Source: a virus
Lineage: Duplodnaviria; Caudoviricetes
Virus record (IMG/VR): IMGVR_UViG_3300031555_001519
Location: 1-64,000 of that record
DNA: 64,000 nucleotides
Reading direction: 5' to 3' (one strand)
Below are positions 26,527-36,088 of this stretch, one piece after another; position 1 is the stretch's first letter, and every line of letters starts with the position of its first letter. The translations under genes and the position numbers were made by a program. Below the pieces are notes generated by a model. The model ran no database searches. It saw nothing but the letters and a program-made list of their open reading frames with translations, and had not been told where the DNA came from.

Positions 26527-28141
26527 TGGACTTGTTGATAAAAGGGCTATCTTGCAGGTAATTGGTTGTCTATTACAAGATAGTAGTCTGATTGATGATA
26601 TAGACAGACCGTTAGACAGAACTGATTTTAACACTGAAAACTTTTATGAACTTCTCTTTGTTGCTATTTATAATTTACATATGCAAGGAGTAGGAAACGT
26701 AGATGAATTTGCTATAGATTCCTATCTTAGTAATTATAAAGAACAGTACAAAATCTTTCAGGATAATAACGGATTAGACTATCTAGGTTCAGCTCGTGAA
26801 ATGAGTGATATAAGTAATTATGAATATAACTATCATCGTCTGCGTAAGTATAGTCTTTTGCGATATTATGAAAAGCAAGGATTAGATACTCGTTTTATAT
26901 ATGATAGTACAATCACAGAAAGTAACAAAGCTGAAGCGGAACAAGTTAAATTTGATAATTATACCGAACAAGACATTGTGGAAATGGTAGAAGCAACTTT
27001 TGTTATCACCCCTAATATGAAATATTGTGCTAATACTTTAAGTACAGATATTCAAGCGGCAGATGGCATGAGAACATTGGTAACTGATTTAATGGAAGTT
27101 CCAGATGTGGGACTTGCTTTAAATAACGAAGGGTTAAATACGGTTTCGAGGGGTGCGAGATTAGGTTGTTTATTTATGCGTTCATGTCCCCAGGGTGGTG
27201 GAAAAACCCGTATGGCGGCAGGAGATGCATGTAAAATAGCTGTTCCATATTTTTATGATGTGGATAGCAAAAGTTTTGTATATACCGGAAATTGCGAACC
27301 TACAACAATCTTTAGTACAGAAATGCCGGTTGATGAGATTCAGACATTGGTTATTGCTGCAGTAAGTAAGGTAAATGAGGAACATATTCTTTATGGTATA
27401 TATGAAGATGACGAGTGGGATAGAGTGCAACAAGCTATTGAATATATTGAGGCCTCCCCTTTGTATATCGTACACATTCCTGATTTTTCTATTGAAGATA
27501 TTAAAAATCAGATTAAAAAATATAACAGAGAGTTTTCTGTGAGATATTTTTTCTTTGATTATATTCACACTTCGTTGAGACTTATGGCAGAAGTAAACGG
27601 TAAATCTGGAATGGGATTAAAAGAACACCAGTTATTATTGGTTTTTGCAACAGAACTCAAAACCATAGCACAACAGTTGGACGTATTTATTTTTACTGCA
27701 AGTCAGTTGAATGGCGAAGCGCAAAATGCTCTATATAAAGACCAGAATCTATTAGCTGGTAGTAAGGCATTAGCTAATAAATTAGATATGGGTATCATTT
27801 CAATGGCTCCAACAAAAGCAGAACTGAAGAAAATTGAACCAGTGCTGCATAAAATGGTAGGAGTTCCAGTGCCAAACATGTGCCATTGGGTGTACAAGGT
27901 AAGACGAGGAAGAATTACAAGAATTGTAATATGGACAAAAGCTGATTTGGGAACCATGGATGAAAGAGCTTTATTTGTTACCGACTACGACTTTGGACTT
28001 ATAGATATTGACTTTACCAAGATTGAGCAAGTTGAGGAGAAAATTAAAGAACATTCTGTGTTGATATCTCAAGTTCCGGATAAACCAGTAGAGATCCAGG
28101 ATGATGAAGAAGAAATAGTTGAACGCAAATTTGATTGGTAA
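26516..28141 (+). CDS. DnaB-like replicative helicase
   Basis: PQGGGKT, FSTEM, FFDYI, TASQLN. Confidence 0.9.
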   Translation: MEVSGLVDKRAILQVIGCLLQDSSLIDDIDRPLDRTDFNTENFYELLFVAIYNLHMQGVGNVDEFAIDSYLSNYKEQYKIFQDNNGLDYLGSAREMSDISNYEYNYHRLRKYSLLRYYEKQGLDTRFIYDSTITESNKAEAEQVKFDNYTEQDIVEMVEATFVITPNMKYCANTLSTDIQAADGMRTLVTDLMEVPDVGLALNNEGLNTVSRGARLGCLFMRSCPQGGGKTRMAAGDACKIAVPYFYDVDSKSFVYTGNCEPTTIFSTEMPVDEIQTLVIAAVSKVNEEHILYGIYEDDEWDRVQQAIEYIEASPLYIVHIPDFSIEDIKNQIKKYNREFSVRYFFFDYIHTSLRLMAEVNGKSGMGLKEHQLLLVFATELKTIAQQLDVFIFTASQLNGEAQNALYKDQNLLAGSKALANKLDMGIISMAPTKAELKKIEPVLHKMVGVPVPNMCHWVYKVRRGRITRIVIWTKADLGTMDERALFVTDYDFGLIDIDFTKIEQVEEKIKEHSVLISQVPDKPVEIQDDEEEIVERKFDW

Positions 28142-28153
28142 TGAGGTGAGGAT

Positions 28154-29320
28154 ATGTGCTATTTAGATAAAAACGCTATCCTCGACTCATTATCAAAAGA
28201 GGATATAAAAAAGGTAGTAATGTCACTTGGTTCTGATGAACCTAAAACAGACAACAGTGGAAATTTAATATTTCAAACCATTTGTCATAACGATATCAAT
28301 CCTAATAATTCATATAAGCTTTATTATTATCATGAACCAAATGGAGAACATAAAGGGCGCTTGTTCCATTGTTATTCCGGTTGTAATGAAAGTTTTGGTA
28401 TCATTGAATTGGTTATCAGAGCAAAACGTAATCAAGGTAGCAATTTTACATGGTACAAGAGCCTCCGTTACATAGCTGAAATAACTGGTAAAATCATCAC
28501 ATCTTCAGCAGAAGACATAGAACAGAAATCTCAGCGTATTGATGATTTCACTTGGATTAACCGGCTAAAAAACATCAAGAAGAAACAGAAAGCTGCACCT
28601 ACACTTTCAGAGATAAATGAATGTATTTTAGAGATATTCTGTTATTATCCATATCAACCTTGGACAGAAGATTATATCAGTGCCGAAGCAATGTCTCAAT
28701 TTGAGATAGGATATTATGGTTATCAACATAGTATTACTATTCCACACAGAGATATTAATGGTAGATTAATTGGGATTCGTCAAAGAATGTTAGATGATTG
28801 GGATATTGAGAATATTGGTAAATATACTCCAGTTCAAATATCTGGCAAGTTCTTAGCCCATTCACTTGGTAACAATCTCTATGGACTACATGTTGTAAAA
28901 GATAAGGTGCAGCGTTGTAAAAAGATTATGCTTGTTGAATCTGAAAAAGGAGCGTTGCAATCGTATTCTTACTTTGGAGATGATTCATTTACCGTTAGTG
29001 TATGTGGAAGTAATTTAACTCGGAACCAGATTAAACTAATTTTAGGACTTGGTGTAGAAGAAGTAATGATTGCTTTTGATAGAATGTATCATGATGCTCA
29101 AAGTTTTGAAGCAGAATTATATCTAAGGAAGTTAATTAAGCTCGTGGCACCGATTGTACCATTTGTTAGAGTATATCTGATTTTAGATAATAAAGACAGA
29201 ATACCCTATAAACAAGCACCTACAGACTGTGGAAAAGAAGTTCTTGTAGAATTAATGAAAGAAAAGACATTGGTAACAATGGATATGGTTAGAGAAATTT
29301 TAGAAGAAAACAAAAGATAA
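28154..29320 (+). CDS. DNA primase (Zn finger plus TOPRIM)
   Basis: TICH..FHCYSGC, IPHRD..LIGIRQR, LVESEK, IAFD. Confidence 0.85.
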   Translation: MCYLDKNAILDSLSKEDIKKVVMSLGSDEPKTDNSGNLIFQTICHNDINPNNSYKLYYYHEPNGEHKGRLFHCYSGCNESFGIIELVIRAKRNQGSNFTWYKSLRYIAEITGKIITSSAEDIEQKSQRIDDFTWINRLKNIKKKQKAAPTLSEINECILEIFCYYPYQPWTEDYISAEAMSQFEIGYYGYQHSITIPHRDINGRLIGIRQRMLDDWDIENIGKYTPVQISGKFLAHSLGNNLYGLHVVKDKVQRCKKIMLVESEKGALQSYSYFGDDSFTVSVCGSNLTRNQIKLILGLGVEEVMIAFDRMYHDAQSFEAELYLRKLIKLVAPIVPFVRVYLILDNKDRIPYKQAPTDCGKEVLVELMKEKTLVTMDMVREILEENKR

Positions 29321-29352
29321 CTATAATTAACAATAGTTAGGAGTGTAGTATT

Positions 29353-29601
29353 ATAACAGCCAAAGAACGTATCGAAAACGAAGGTTTTGAGGATATCATT
29401 ATATTTGATAATCCATCTTATGATGATGCTCTCATAGGTGTTACAAAAGATAACAGAGCAGTGTACGATTACGATAAAATGATTGAATGGCTAGTTACAA
29501 AAGAAAACATGGACTATGAAGAAGCTGCCGATTTTGTGTGTTGGAATGACAGTTTCTATTATGGAGAGGGATATCCGCTTATAATTTTTAGCATTAACTA
29601 A
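29353..29601 (+). CDS. Hypothetical phage protein with non-ATG (ATA/ATT) start
   Basis: AGGAG RBS then an open frame of 82 codons filling the gap; missed by the ORF track. Confidence 0.6.
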   Translation: MTAKERIENEGFEDIIIFDNPSYDDALIGVTKDNRAVYDYDKMIEWLVTKENMDYEEAADFVCWNDSFYYGEGYPLIIFSIN

Positions 29602-29649
29602 ATAAAATTAAACAAAATACTTGAATTAATAAGAGAAACGTGATATATT
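29597..29649 (+). promoter_or_regulatory. 17-bp motif plus promoter
   Basis: Motif 29597-29613; TTGAAT-17-TATATT with TG. Confidence 0.6.
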
Positions 29650-29662
29650 AAAGGAGAACAAA

Positions 29663-30664
29663 ATGAACGAAGAAATTCTAAAACAATATGTTCGTCCGGT
29701 AACTGAGGAGGACAGGAAGAGATTACCTGTCTTTTCCTATAGTAAGATGGAAGTATATAAGAATTGTCCGTATCAATATAATTTGAAATATAATCAAAAG
29801 AAATTTACTGATGATACAAGTATTGCTTTGGATATTGGTGGTTTGCTACATTATGTTTTAGAACAGAAGGGCAAGACATTGGTATCGGGTCAATTAATAG
29901 ATTACGACATATTAAACGGAATCATACAAAATGGTACAGTAGAAACGGATGAAAAGACAAAAGAACGATTACCAGGTATCAAAGATTTAAAGAAGAAGTA
30001 TTGGGAAGTTTGGAGTACACCAGATACTGAAGGACGTACATACGACCAAAAATTAGAACTATTTAATAAAGTGCTGCATGCCGAGATGGAAGAAAACGAT
30101 GGATGGACACCTTATTTATTTGAACACCCTTTTGAGTTTGTGTGGCATAATAGAGTTATTATCAAAGGATTTATTGATAGGATTGATCAAAGAGACGAAG
30201 AATTCAGAACAGTAGATTACAAGACAAGTAAAAAGACTTATGATTCAAGTAAACTTGCTACATCTTTACAGTTTGGTATTTATGCTTTGGGAATTCTTAA
30301 TGAATTTGATGCATTGCCTGAAGAGAGTATTTATAGATTTATTCTTTTAGACGAAACACAGAAAGCTCTTACTAAAGGTTGGGAAAAGCGTTTAATAAAA
30401 GCATTAGATGGTATATTTGACAAAATTGATGCTGATAATGCAAGTGGTATATGGGTTCCCAAAAGCTCGCCTTTGTGTTACTATTGTAATTTCTGTAAAA
30501 ACAACCCATCTGCTCATGAATTTAATAATGAATGTGAATATTATTCATTATGGAGACCAGATAATAAAACATTTGAGTGTAATCGAAAATGGAATGCATT
30601 AGAAAATGCCATAAACACAACTAAATTAAACACAAGCAATGTGAAAAGGAAATTAATTTTTTAA
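29663..30664 (+). CDS. PD-(D/E)XK RecB/AddB-like nuclease
   Basis: FSYSK..CP, GFIDRID..VDYKT, QFGIY, C-terminal CYYC..C. Confidence 0.85.
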   Translation: MNEEILKQYVRPVTEEDRKRLPVFSYSKMEVYKNCPYQYNLKYNQKKFTDDTSIALDIGGLLHYVLEQKGKTLVSGQLIDYDILNGIIQNGTVETDEKTKERLPGIKDLKKKYWEVWSTPDTEGRTYDQKLELFNKVLHAEMEENDGWTPYLFEHPFEFVWHNRVIIKGFIDRIDQRDEEFRTVDYKTSKKTYDSSKLATSLQFGIYALGILNEFDALPEESIYRFILLDETQKALTKGWEKRLIKALDGIFDKIDADNASGIWVPKSSPLCYYCNFCKNNPSAHEFNNECEYYSLWRPDNKTFECNRKWNALENAINTTKLNTSNVKRKLIF

Positions 30665-31365
30665 TGGGAAGAAAAGGAAAAGATTTAATTGAAGAAAAAT
30701 TCGGGAAATTAACAGTAATAAAAAGAGTACCCTCTCACGGAAGTAGTAAATGTATTTACTGGCTGTGTCACTGTGACTGCGGAAAAGATATAGAGGTAAG
30801 AGGTTCTAGTTTAACTTCTGGTCATACAACTTCTTGTGGATGTTATGTTTCTGAGAGATTGATAAAGGCCAATACCAAACATAATGGGTTTGGCACTAGG
30901 CTATATAACATTTGGCAAGGAATGAAAAGAAGATGTTACAAAAAAGATGATAAAGATTATTCCAATTACGGAGGTCGAGGGATACAAATTTGTGATGAAT
31001 GGAAAGATGATTTTTCATGTTTTCAAAAATGGGCAATAAATAGCGGATACCAAGAGTATTTAACTATAGACAGAATCAATAACAATGGAAATTATGAACC
31101 ATACAATTGTAGATGGGCAACAGTAAAAGAACAATCAAACAATAAAAGAAATAATCATTTAATTACCATTGCTAATCGAACCCAAACATTATCACAATGG
31201 CTTGATGAAATTGGTATCTCTAAAGACAAATATTTATGGAGAATTAACAATGGATGGAGTGAATTAGAAGCCTTGGAATATATACCAAGAAACAAAAATC
31301 ATAAACAAAGAAAGGAAGTTGATATTTCAATGAAGGAGATTTTAAATGACACAAGAACAGTATAA
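30664..31365 (+). CDS. Free-standing HNH-type homing endonuclease
   Basis: WLCHCDCG, TSCGC, YGGRGI, TIDRINNNGNYEPYNCRWAT. Confidence 0.85.
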   Translation: MGRKGKDLIEEKFGKLTVIKRVPSHGSSKCIYWLCHCDCGKDIEVRGSSLTSGHTTSCGCYVSERLIKANTKHNGFGTRLYNIWQGMKRRCYKKDDKDYSNYGGRGIQICDEWKDDFSCFQKWAINSGYQEYLTIDRINNNGNYEPYNCRWATVKEQSNNKRNNHLITIANRTQTLSQWLDEIGISKDKYLWRINNGWSELEALEYIPRNKNHKQRKEVDISMKEILNDTRTV

Positions 31366-32077
31366 GTTGGTAGAACCTATTTTAGATACAATTGAAAATG
31401 AAGACCTCCGAGAATTATGTATAGCAGTTCTCGAAGATTTTCCAGAATATATTTGGGAAGTTGCTGGTTCTTCTTCAGGCAAGTATCATCCGGCGCAGGA
31501 TCTTGGTCAAGGTGGCTTGATGAGACATCAGATTTGTGTAGCAAGAATGTGTAATTACAAATTAGAACTGGAACAAAATCAAAACAAATTTACTTCAAGG
31601 CAGCGAGACTGTTTAAGGATTGCATGTTTAGTTCATGATGGAAGAAAATCTGGAGATGAGGATACAGGACACACAGTACATGACCATCCATGCTTAATGA
31701 GTTTAGCTATCGAATCAATGAAAGAACGCTTTCCTTTATTAGTTGATGAGATATGTGACATTGCAGAATGTGTCATTAGTCATATGGGACAGTGGAATAC
31801 AAGTAAAAGGTCTGATTTAATTTTACCAAAACCTGAAACAATGATGCAAGAATTTGTACATGAATGCGATTATCTTGCTTCACGCAAAGACATTGAAATG
31901 CTCTTTGACGACTGGAAGAAACCTGAGTTACCTGACATTAATGAGTATAAATTGAATTTTGGTAAGCATAACGGAATGACATTACCTGAAGTCAAAGAAA
32001 TTGATTTAGGATATATTGAATGGCTTAAAGAGAATTACGGAAGAGAACCGGTTAGGAGCTTGTTAAAACAAATATAA
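31346..32077 (+). CDS. HD-domain phosphohydrolase with C-terminal FGKH domain
   Basis: SSSGKYH, HDGRK, SHMG, CDYLASR; LNFGKHNG..YIEWL. Confidence 0.8.
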   Translation: MTQEQYKLVEPILDTIENEDLRELCIAVLEDFPEYIWEVAGSSSGKYHPAQDLGQGGLMRHQICVARMCNYKLELEQNQNKFTSRQRDCLRIACLVHDGRKSGDEDTGHTVHDHPCLMSLAIESMKERFPLLVDEICDIAECVISHMGQWNTSKRSDLILPKPETMMQEFVHECDYLASRKDIEMLFDDWKKPELPDINEYKLNFGKHNGMTLPEVKEIDLGYIEWLKENYGREPVRSLLKQI

Positions 32078-32089
32078 AGGAGACATGAG

Positions 32090-35000
32090 ATGAGTTTTTT
32101 TGGAATACATAATCATACAGCTCAAGATAGTAATTTAAGACTTAGAGATTCAATTAATAAAATAGAAGATATGATTGACTATGCTCATGAATTGGGTCAC
32201 AAAGGAATTGTGTTCACAGGGCATGAATCCATAACTTCTCATCTTGATGCTTTAAAATATTATAACAACAAAAAAGAATTAGAGGATTGGCAAGGATTTA
32301 AAGTTGCATTAGGCAATGAAATCTATTTGTGTAATGAGTCTGTTACGGCTGAAAATATTGGCCATAACAGATATCCTCATTTTATTCTTGTTGCTTTAGA
32401 TGAACTTGGACATAAAGCTATTCGAGAACTAAGTACAAGAGCATGGACGCATAATGCTTTTATGCATGTAATGTACAGAGTACCTACCTATTACTCTGAT
32501 TTGGAAGAAATAATGGAGCAGTATAAGGGGCATCTTGTAGGAAGTTCTGCGTGTTTGGGTGGAGCTTTACCACATAGGATTCTTGAATATTTGGCAACGA
32601 AAGATATTAGTATTTGGGATTCTTGCGTTGGTTGGATTGAGTACATGAATGAGTTATTTGGACAAGGTTACTTTTTCTTGGAGCTGCAGCCTGGTGAAAC
32701 CGAAGAACAAATTTATGTAAATACATGTTTGGTAAGTTTATCAGAACAAACAGGAACTCCTTATATTATTTCAACAGATGCTCATTACCTTAAGAAAGAA
32801 GATAGAATTATTCACAAAACCTATCTCAATGCGGAAGATGGAGATCGTGAAGTAGATGATTTTTATGCGACTACTTATATTATGAGTGAAGAAGAAATTC
32901 ATGAGTATATGGATAAGTATCTTAATAAGGACGTTGTTCAAAAGGGTATAGATAATACTATGTTAATCTATGACATGATTCAAGATTATCAGTTAGTCAA
33001 GGATTTGGAAATACCTTATATCCCCTTGAATACAGAAGAACCGGATAAAATTCTTTACGAGAAGTATCGTTCACACATTGAATTGTTAAACGATTTTGCT
33101 AGTTCAGAATATGATTGTGACAGACATTTGGTTCGTGAAATTATTTCATATATTGATACAGACCCATATTATCAAACAGAAGAAGCATATTATAAAATTA
33201 ATGAATGTTTATCATACATTAAAGATTCTTCTGAAAAGATGAAAGTGCGTTGGTCAGCTTATTTGTTACAAGTTGCCGATTATGTGAATATAGCCTGGGA
33301 AGCTGGTTCATTGGTAGGAGCTGGTCGAGGTTCTGGTGTAGGTTTCTGTTTGTTGCATATCCTAGGCATTACTCAAATTAATCCTTTAAGAGAAAAAACA
33401 CAAACATTTCCATGGCGTTTTTTGAATCCGGAACGTGCTTCTGTTTTGGATATTGATATTGATATTATGTCCAGTAAAAGAGATACTGTAATTCAAGCTT
33501 TAAAAGGCACATATGGTGAGGATAGAGTATCAAAAGTAATGACACTTTCTACTGAAAAGAGTAAGAGTGCAATCTTAACCGCAGCTCGTGGATTGGGAAT
33601 TGATAATGATACAGCTTCTTATATTGCTTCGTTGGTAGTATTTGATAGAGGAAACCCACGTTCTTTAAAGCAAATGTATTATGGTGACGATGATAATTCA
33701 CCGGTAGCAGAATTTGTTAGAGAGATGGATGCTAGACCAGAGTTATGGGCTACAGCTCAAAAGATTGAAGGTTTGGTATGTGGTGTTGGTTCTCATGCTG
33801 GTGGTGTTATTATTGTAGATAAGCCGTTTACAGATTCTACAGCTTTAATGAGAACTAAATCTGGAGATGTGATTACACAGTTTGACCTGCATATGTGTGA
33901 GGATTGTTCGTTAATTAAAATCGACTTACTGTGTATTGATGCATTAGATAAGATATATACAACATTGATGTTGTTATTAAAAGATAAAGTAATAGAGTGG
34001 CAAGGTTCTTTGAAAAAAACATATGATAAATATCTTGGAGTGTATACTTTAGAACGTGATTCAGAAAAAATGTGGCAGATGTTATGGGATCATAAAGTAC
34101 TCTCTTTCTTTCAGATGGAAAAAGAATCGGGAAAACAAGCTATTGCATTATCAAAACCTCATTCTGTGGATGATTTAGCTGCATTAAACTCGGTTATGAG
34201 ACTTATGGCACAAGAAAAAGGTGGGGAAGCACCTTTACAAAAATATGCTCGTTTTAAAAATGATATCAACCAATGGTATGAAGAAATGACATCCATGGGA
34301 TTAACAGTAGAAGAGCAAGATATTTTGAAGGAAATTTTAGGTACATCTTATGGAATTTGTGAGGCACAAGAACTATTGTTTTTGTTAGTAATGCATCCTA
34401 AAATCGGAGGTTTTTCATTAGCATGGGCAGACAAACTTAGAAAATCAGTAGCTAAAAAGAATCCAAAGGATTTTGATAAATTGCAAGAAGAATATCTTCA
34501 AAACGCAATAGAAAAGCAACTTTCAAATAAGTTGGTACAGTATGTGTGGTTTGTGTTAATTTTCATGCAGCGTGGATATGGTTTTAATAAGAGCCATACG
34601 CTCGCATATAGTATCATTGGTTTGCAAGAGTTAAATCTTTGCTATAAATATAATCCTATATATTGGAATACAGCAAATCTGATTGTCGATTCCGGCTCTT
34701 TGGACGAAGAATCAAATGACTCAACTAACTATGGAAAGATGGCAGTTGCAATTGCTTCTGTACAAAAAGAAGGTGTAAGTGTAAATCTTCCAGTTGTGAA
34801 CGAAGCTGATTTTGGGTTCAAGCCTGACACAGAAAACGATAGAATTATTTTTGGTTTAAAGGGTATTAATGGTATAAATACTGATATGTCTCAGGCTATT
34901 ATTCAGAATCGCCCATACACTTCTATGGAAGATTTTGCAGAAAAAATGTTTGCTAAAGAGATTCTACAAGGAACAGATCCTTTAACTGGACTAAATATTA

Positions 35001-36064
35001 TAGAAAAAATTCCGGCGGTAATTACCAATTCTAAAATGATACAGCTTATTAAAGGTGGCTGCTTCACGGAACTCCATAACCCAGACCGTAGAGTAACAAT
35101 GGAATGGTACTTACGAAATTATGTATTTAAACCATGCGATGGCTTAACAATGCAGCAATTCAATAAAATGAAAGAGCTTGATTTTATTCCTGAGAGTATG
35201 GATTTACCTCTTCGTATGATTAACTTTAAAAATTACGTGTTGGATGATGAAGGATTATATGAAAGGCACATTGAAGAAGGTAAGAAGATTCCAAAGAGAG
35301 GATATCATGACGGATATTATCTCTTAGATAATAATTCACAACCTTTCTTTAAACAGCACTTTACAGAAGATAGTGTAGTAGGCATCAAGGGCGAATATTA
35401 CATCGTGTCAGAGAAGAAGTTTACCAAAGAAGCTGATACACACATTCAACCCTTAAAAGATTGGATGGCATTGCCAGAAACACTGGAAGCATATAATGAA
35501 AGACTGTTTCAAGAGCTTTGGAATAAACATGCAGATGGTTCTGTTCCTCATTGGAATATGGAAGCACTTTGTTATTACGATGGAGAGCATGAATTGGAAC
35601 ATGTTGATGAAAAACTATATGGAATAGTGAACTTCTTTGATTTGCCGGAAGAACCGGAACCATATGAATGGTATACCAGATATATTAATGGAGAGCCTAA
35701 AGCGATTCCGAAGTATAAGATTTCAAGAATTGCTGGAACGGTGCTTAATGCGGATAATAATCATCATCTTGTTACAATTCTTACAAAGCACGGAAGTGTA
35801 AATGTAAAGATGAATAAAGGACACTACGCTTTTTATAATAAGACTATCTCAGAAGTTGGAGAAGACGGTAAAAAGAAAAGACTTGAAGAGAGTTGGTTAA
35901 AGCGTGGTAATCTTATTACTTGTCAAGGTATAAGACGAGGCGATCAGTTTGTGCCTATGATATATAATGATACGATTTATAAGCATACAGTTAACTTAAT
36001 CAAGGAAGTATATGAAGATGGTACATTATTAATGCAGACGGAAAGAACGTATGTTGATAATTAA
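32090..36064 (+). CDS. dnaE: DNA polymerase III alpha subunit (PHP plus PolIII core)
   Basis: HNHT PHP, GRGSG, DIDID, SHAGGV, YGFNKSH. Confidence 0.95.
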   Translation: MSFFGIHNHTAQDSNLRLRDSINKIEDMIDYAHELGHKGIVFTGHESITSHLDALKYYNNKKELEDWQGFKVALGNEIYLCNESVTAENIGHNRYPHFILVALDELGHKAIRELSTRAWTHNAFMHVMYRVPTYYSDLEEIMEQYKGHLVGSSACLGGALPHRILEYLATKDISIWDSCVGWIEYMNELFGQGYFFLELQPGETEEQIYVNTCLVSLSEQTGTPYIISTDAHYLKKEDRIIHKTYLNAEDGDREVDDFYATTYIMSEEEIHEYMDKYLNKDVVQKGIDNTMLIYDMIQDYQLVKDLEIPYIPLNTEEPDKILYEKYRSHIELLNDFASSEYDCDRHLVREIISYIDTDPYYQTEEAYYKINECLSYIKDSSEKMKVRWSAYLLQVADYVNIAWEAGSLVGAGRGSGVGFCLLHILGITQINPLREKTQTFPWRFLNPERASVLDIDIDIMSSKRDTVIQALKGTYGEDRVSKVMTLSTEKSKSAILTAARGLGIDNDTASYIASLVVFDRGNPRSLKQMYYGDDDNSPVAEFVREMDARPELWATAQKIEGLVCGVGSHAGGVIIVDKPFTDSTALMRTKSGDVITQFDLHMCEDCSLIKIDLLCIDALDKIYTTLMLLLKDKVIEWQGSLKKTYDKYLGVYTLERDSEKMWQMLWDHKVLSFFQMEKESGKQAIALSKPHSVDDLAALNSVMRLMAQEKGGEAPLQKYARFKNDINQWYEEMTSMGLTVEEQDILKEILGTSYGICEAQELLFLLVMHPKIGGFSLAWADKLRKSVAKKNPKDFDKLQEEYLQNAIEKQLSNKLVQYVWFVLIFMQRGYGFNKSHTLAYSIIGLQELNLCYKYNPIYWNTANLIVDSGSLDEESNDSTNYGKMAVAIASVQKEGVSVNLPVVNEADFGFKPDTENDRIIFGLKGINGINTDMSQAIIQNRPYTSMEDFAEKMFAKEILQGTDPLTGLNIIEKIPAVITNSKMIQLIKGGCFTELHNPDRRVTMEWYLRNYVFKPCDGLTMQQFNKMKELDFIPESMDLPLRMINFKNYVLDDEGLYERHIEEGKKIPKRGYHDGYYLLDNNSQPFFKQHFTEDSVVGIKGEYYIVSEKKFTKEADTHIQPLKDWMALPETLEAYNERLFQELWNKHADGSVPHWNMEALCYYDGEHELEHVDEKLYGIVNFFDLPEEPEPYEWYTRYINGEPKAIPKYKISRIAGTVLNADNNHHLVTILTKHGSVNVKMNKGHYAFYNKTISEVGEDGKKKRLEESWLKRGNLITCQGIRRGDQFVPMIYNDTIYKHTVNLIKEVYEDGTLLMQTERTYVDN

Positions 36065-36088
36065 ACAAAATTAAATTGAGGAAATAAA

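Noticed and set aside
29663-30664. Cas4 as part of a CRISPR system
   Set aside because: It is a RecB/AddB-like nuclease in a replication operon with no other cas genes or array.
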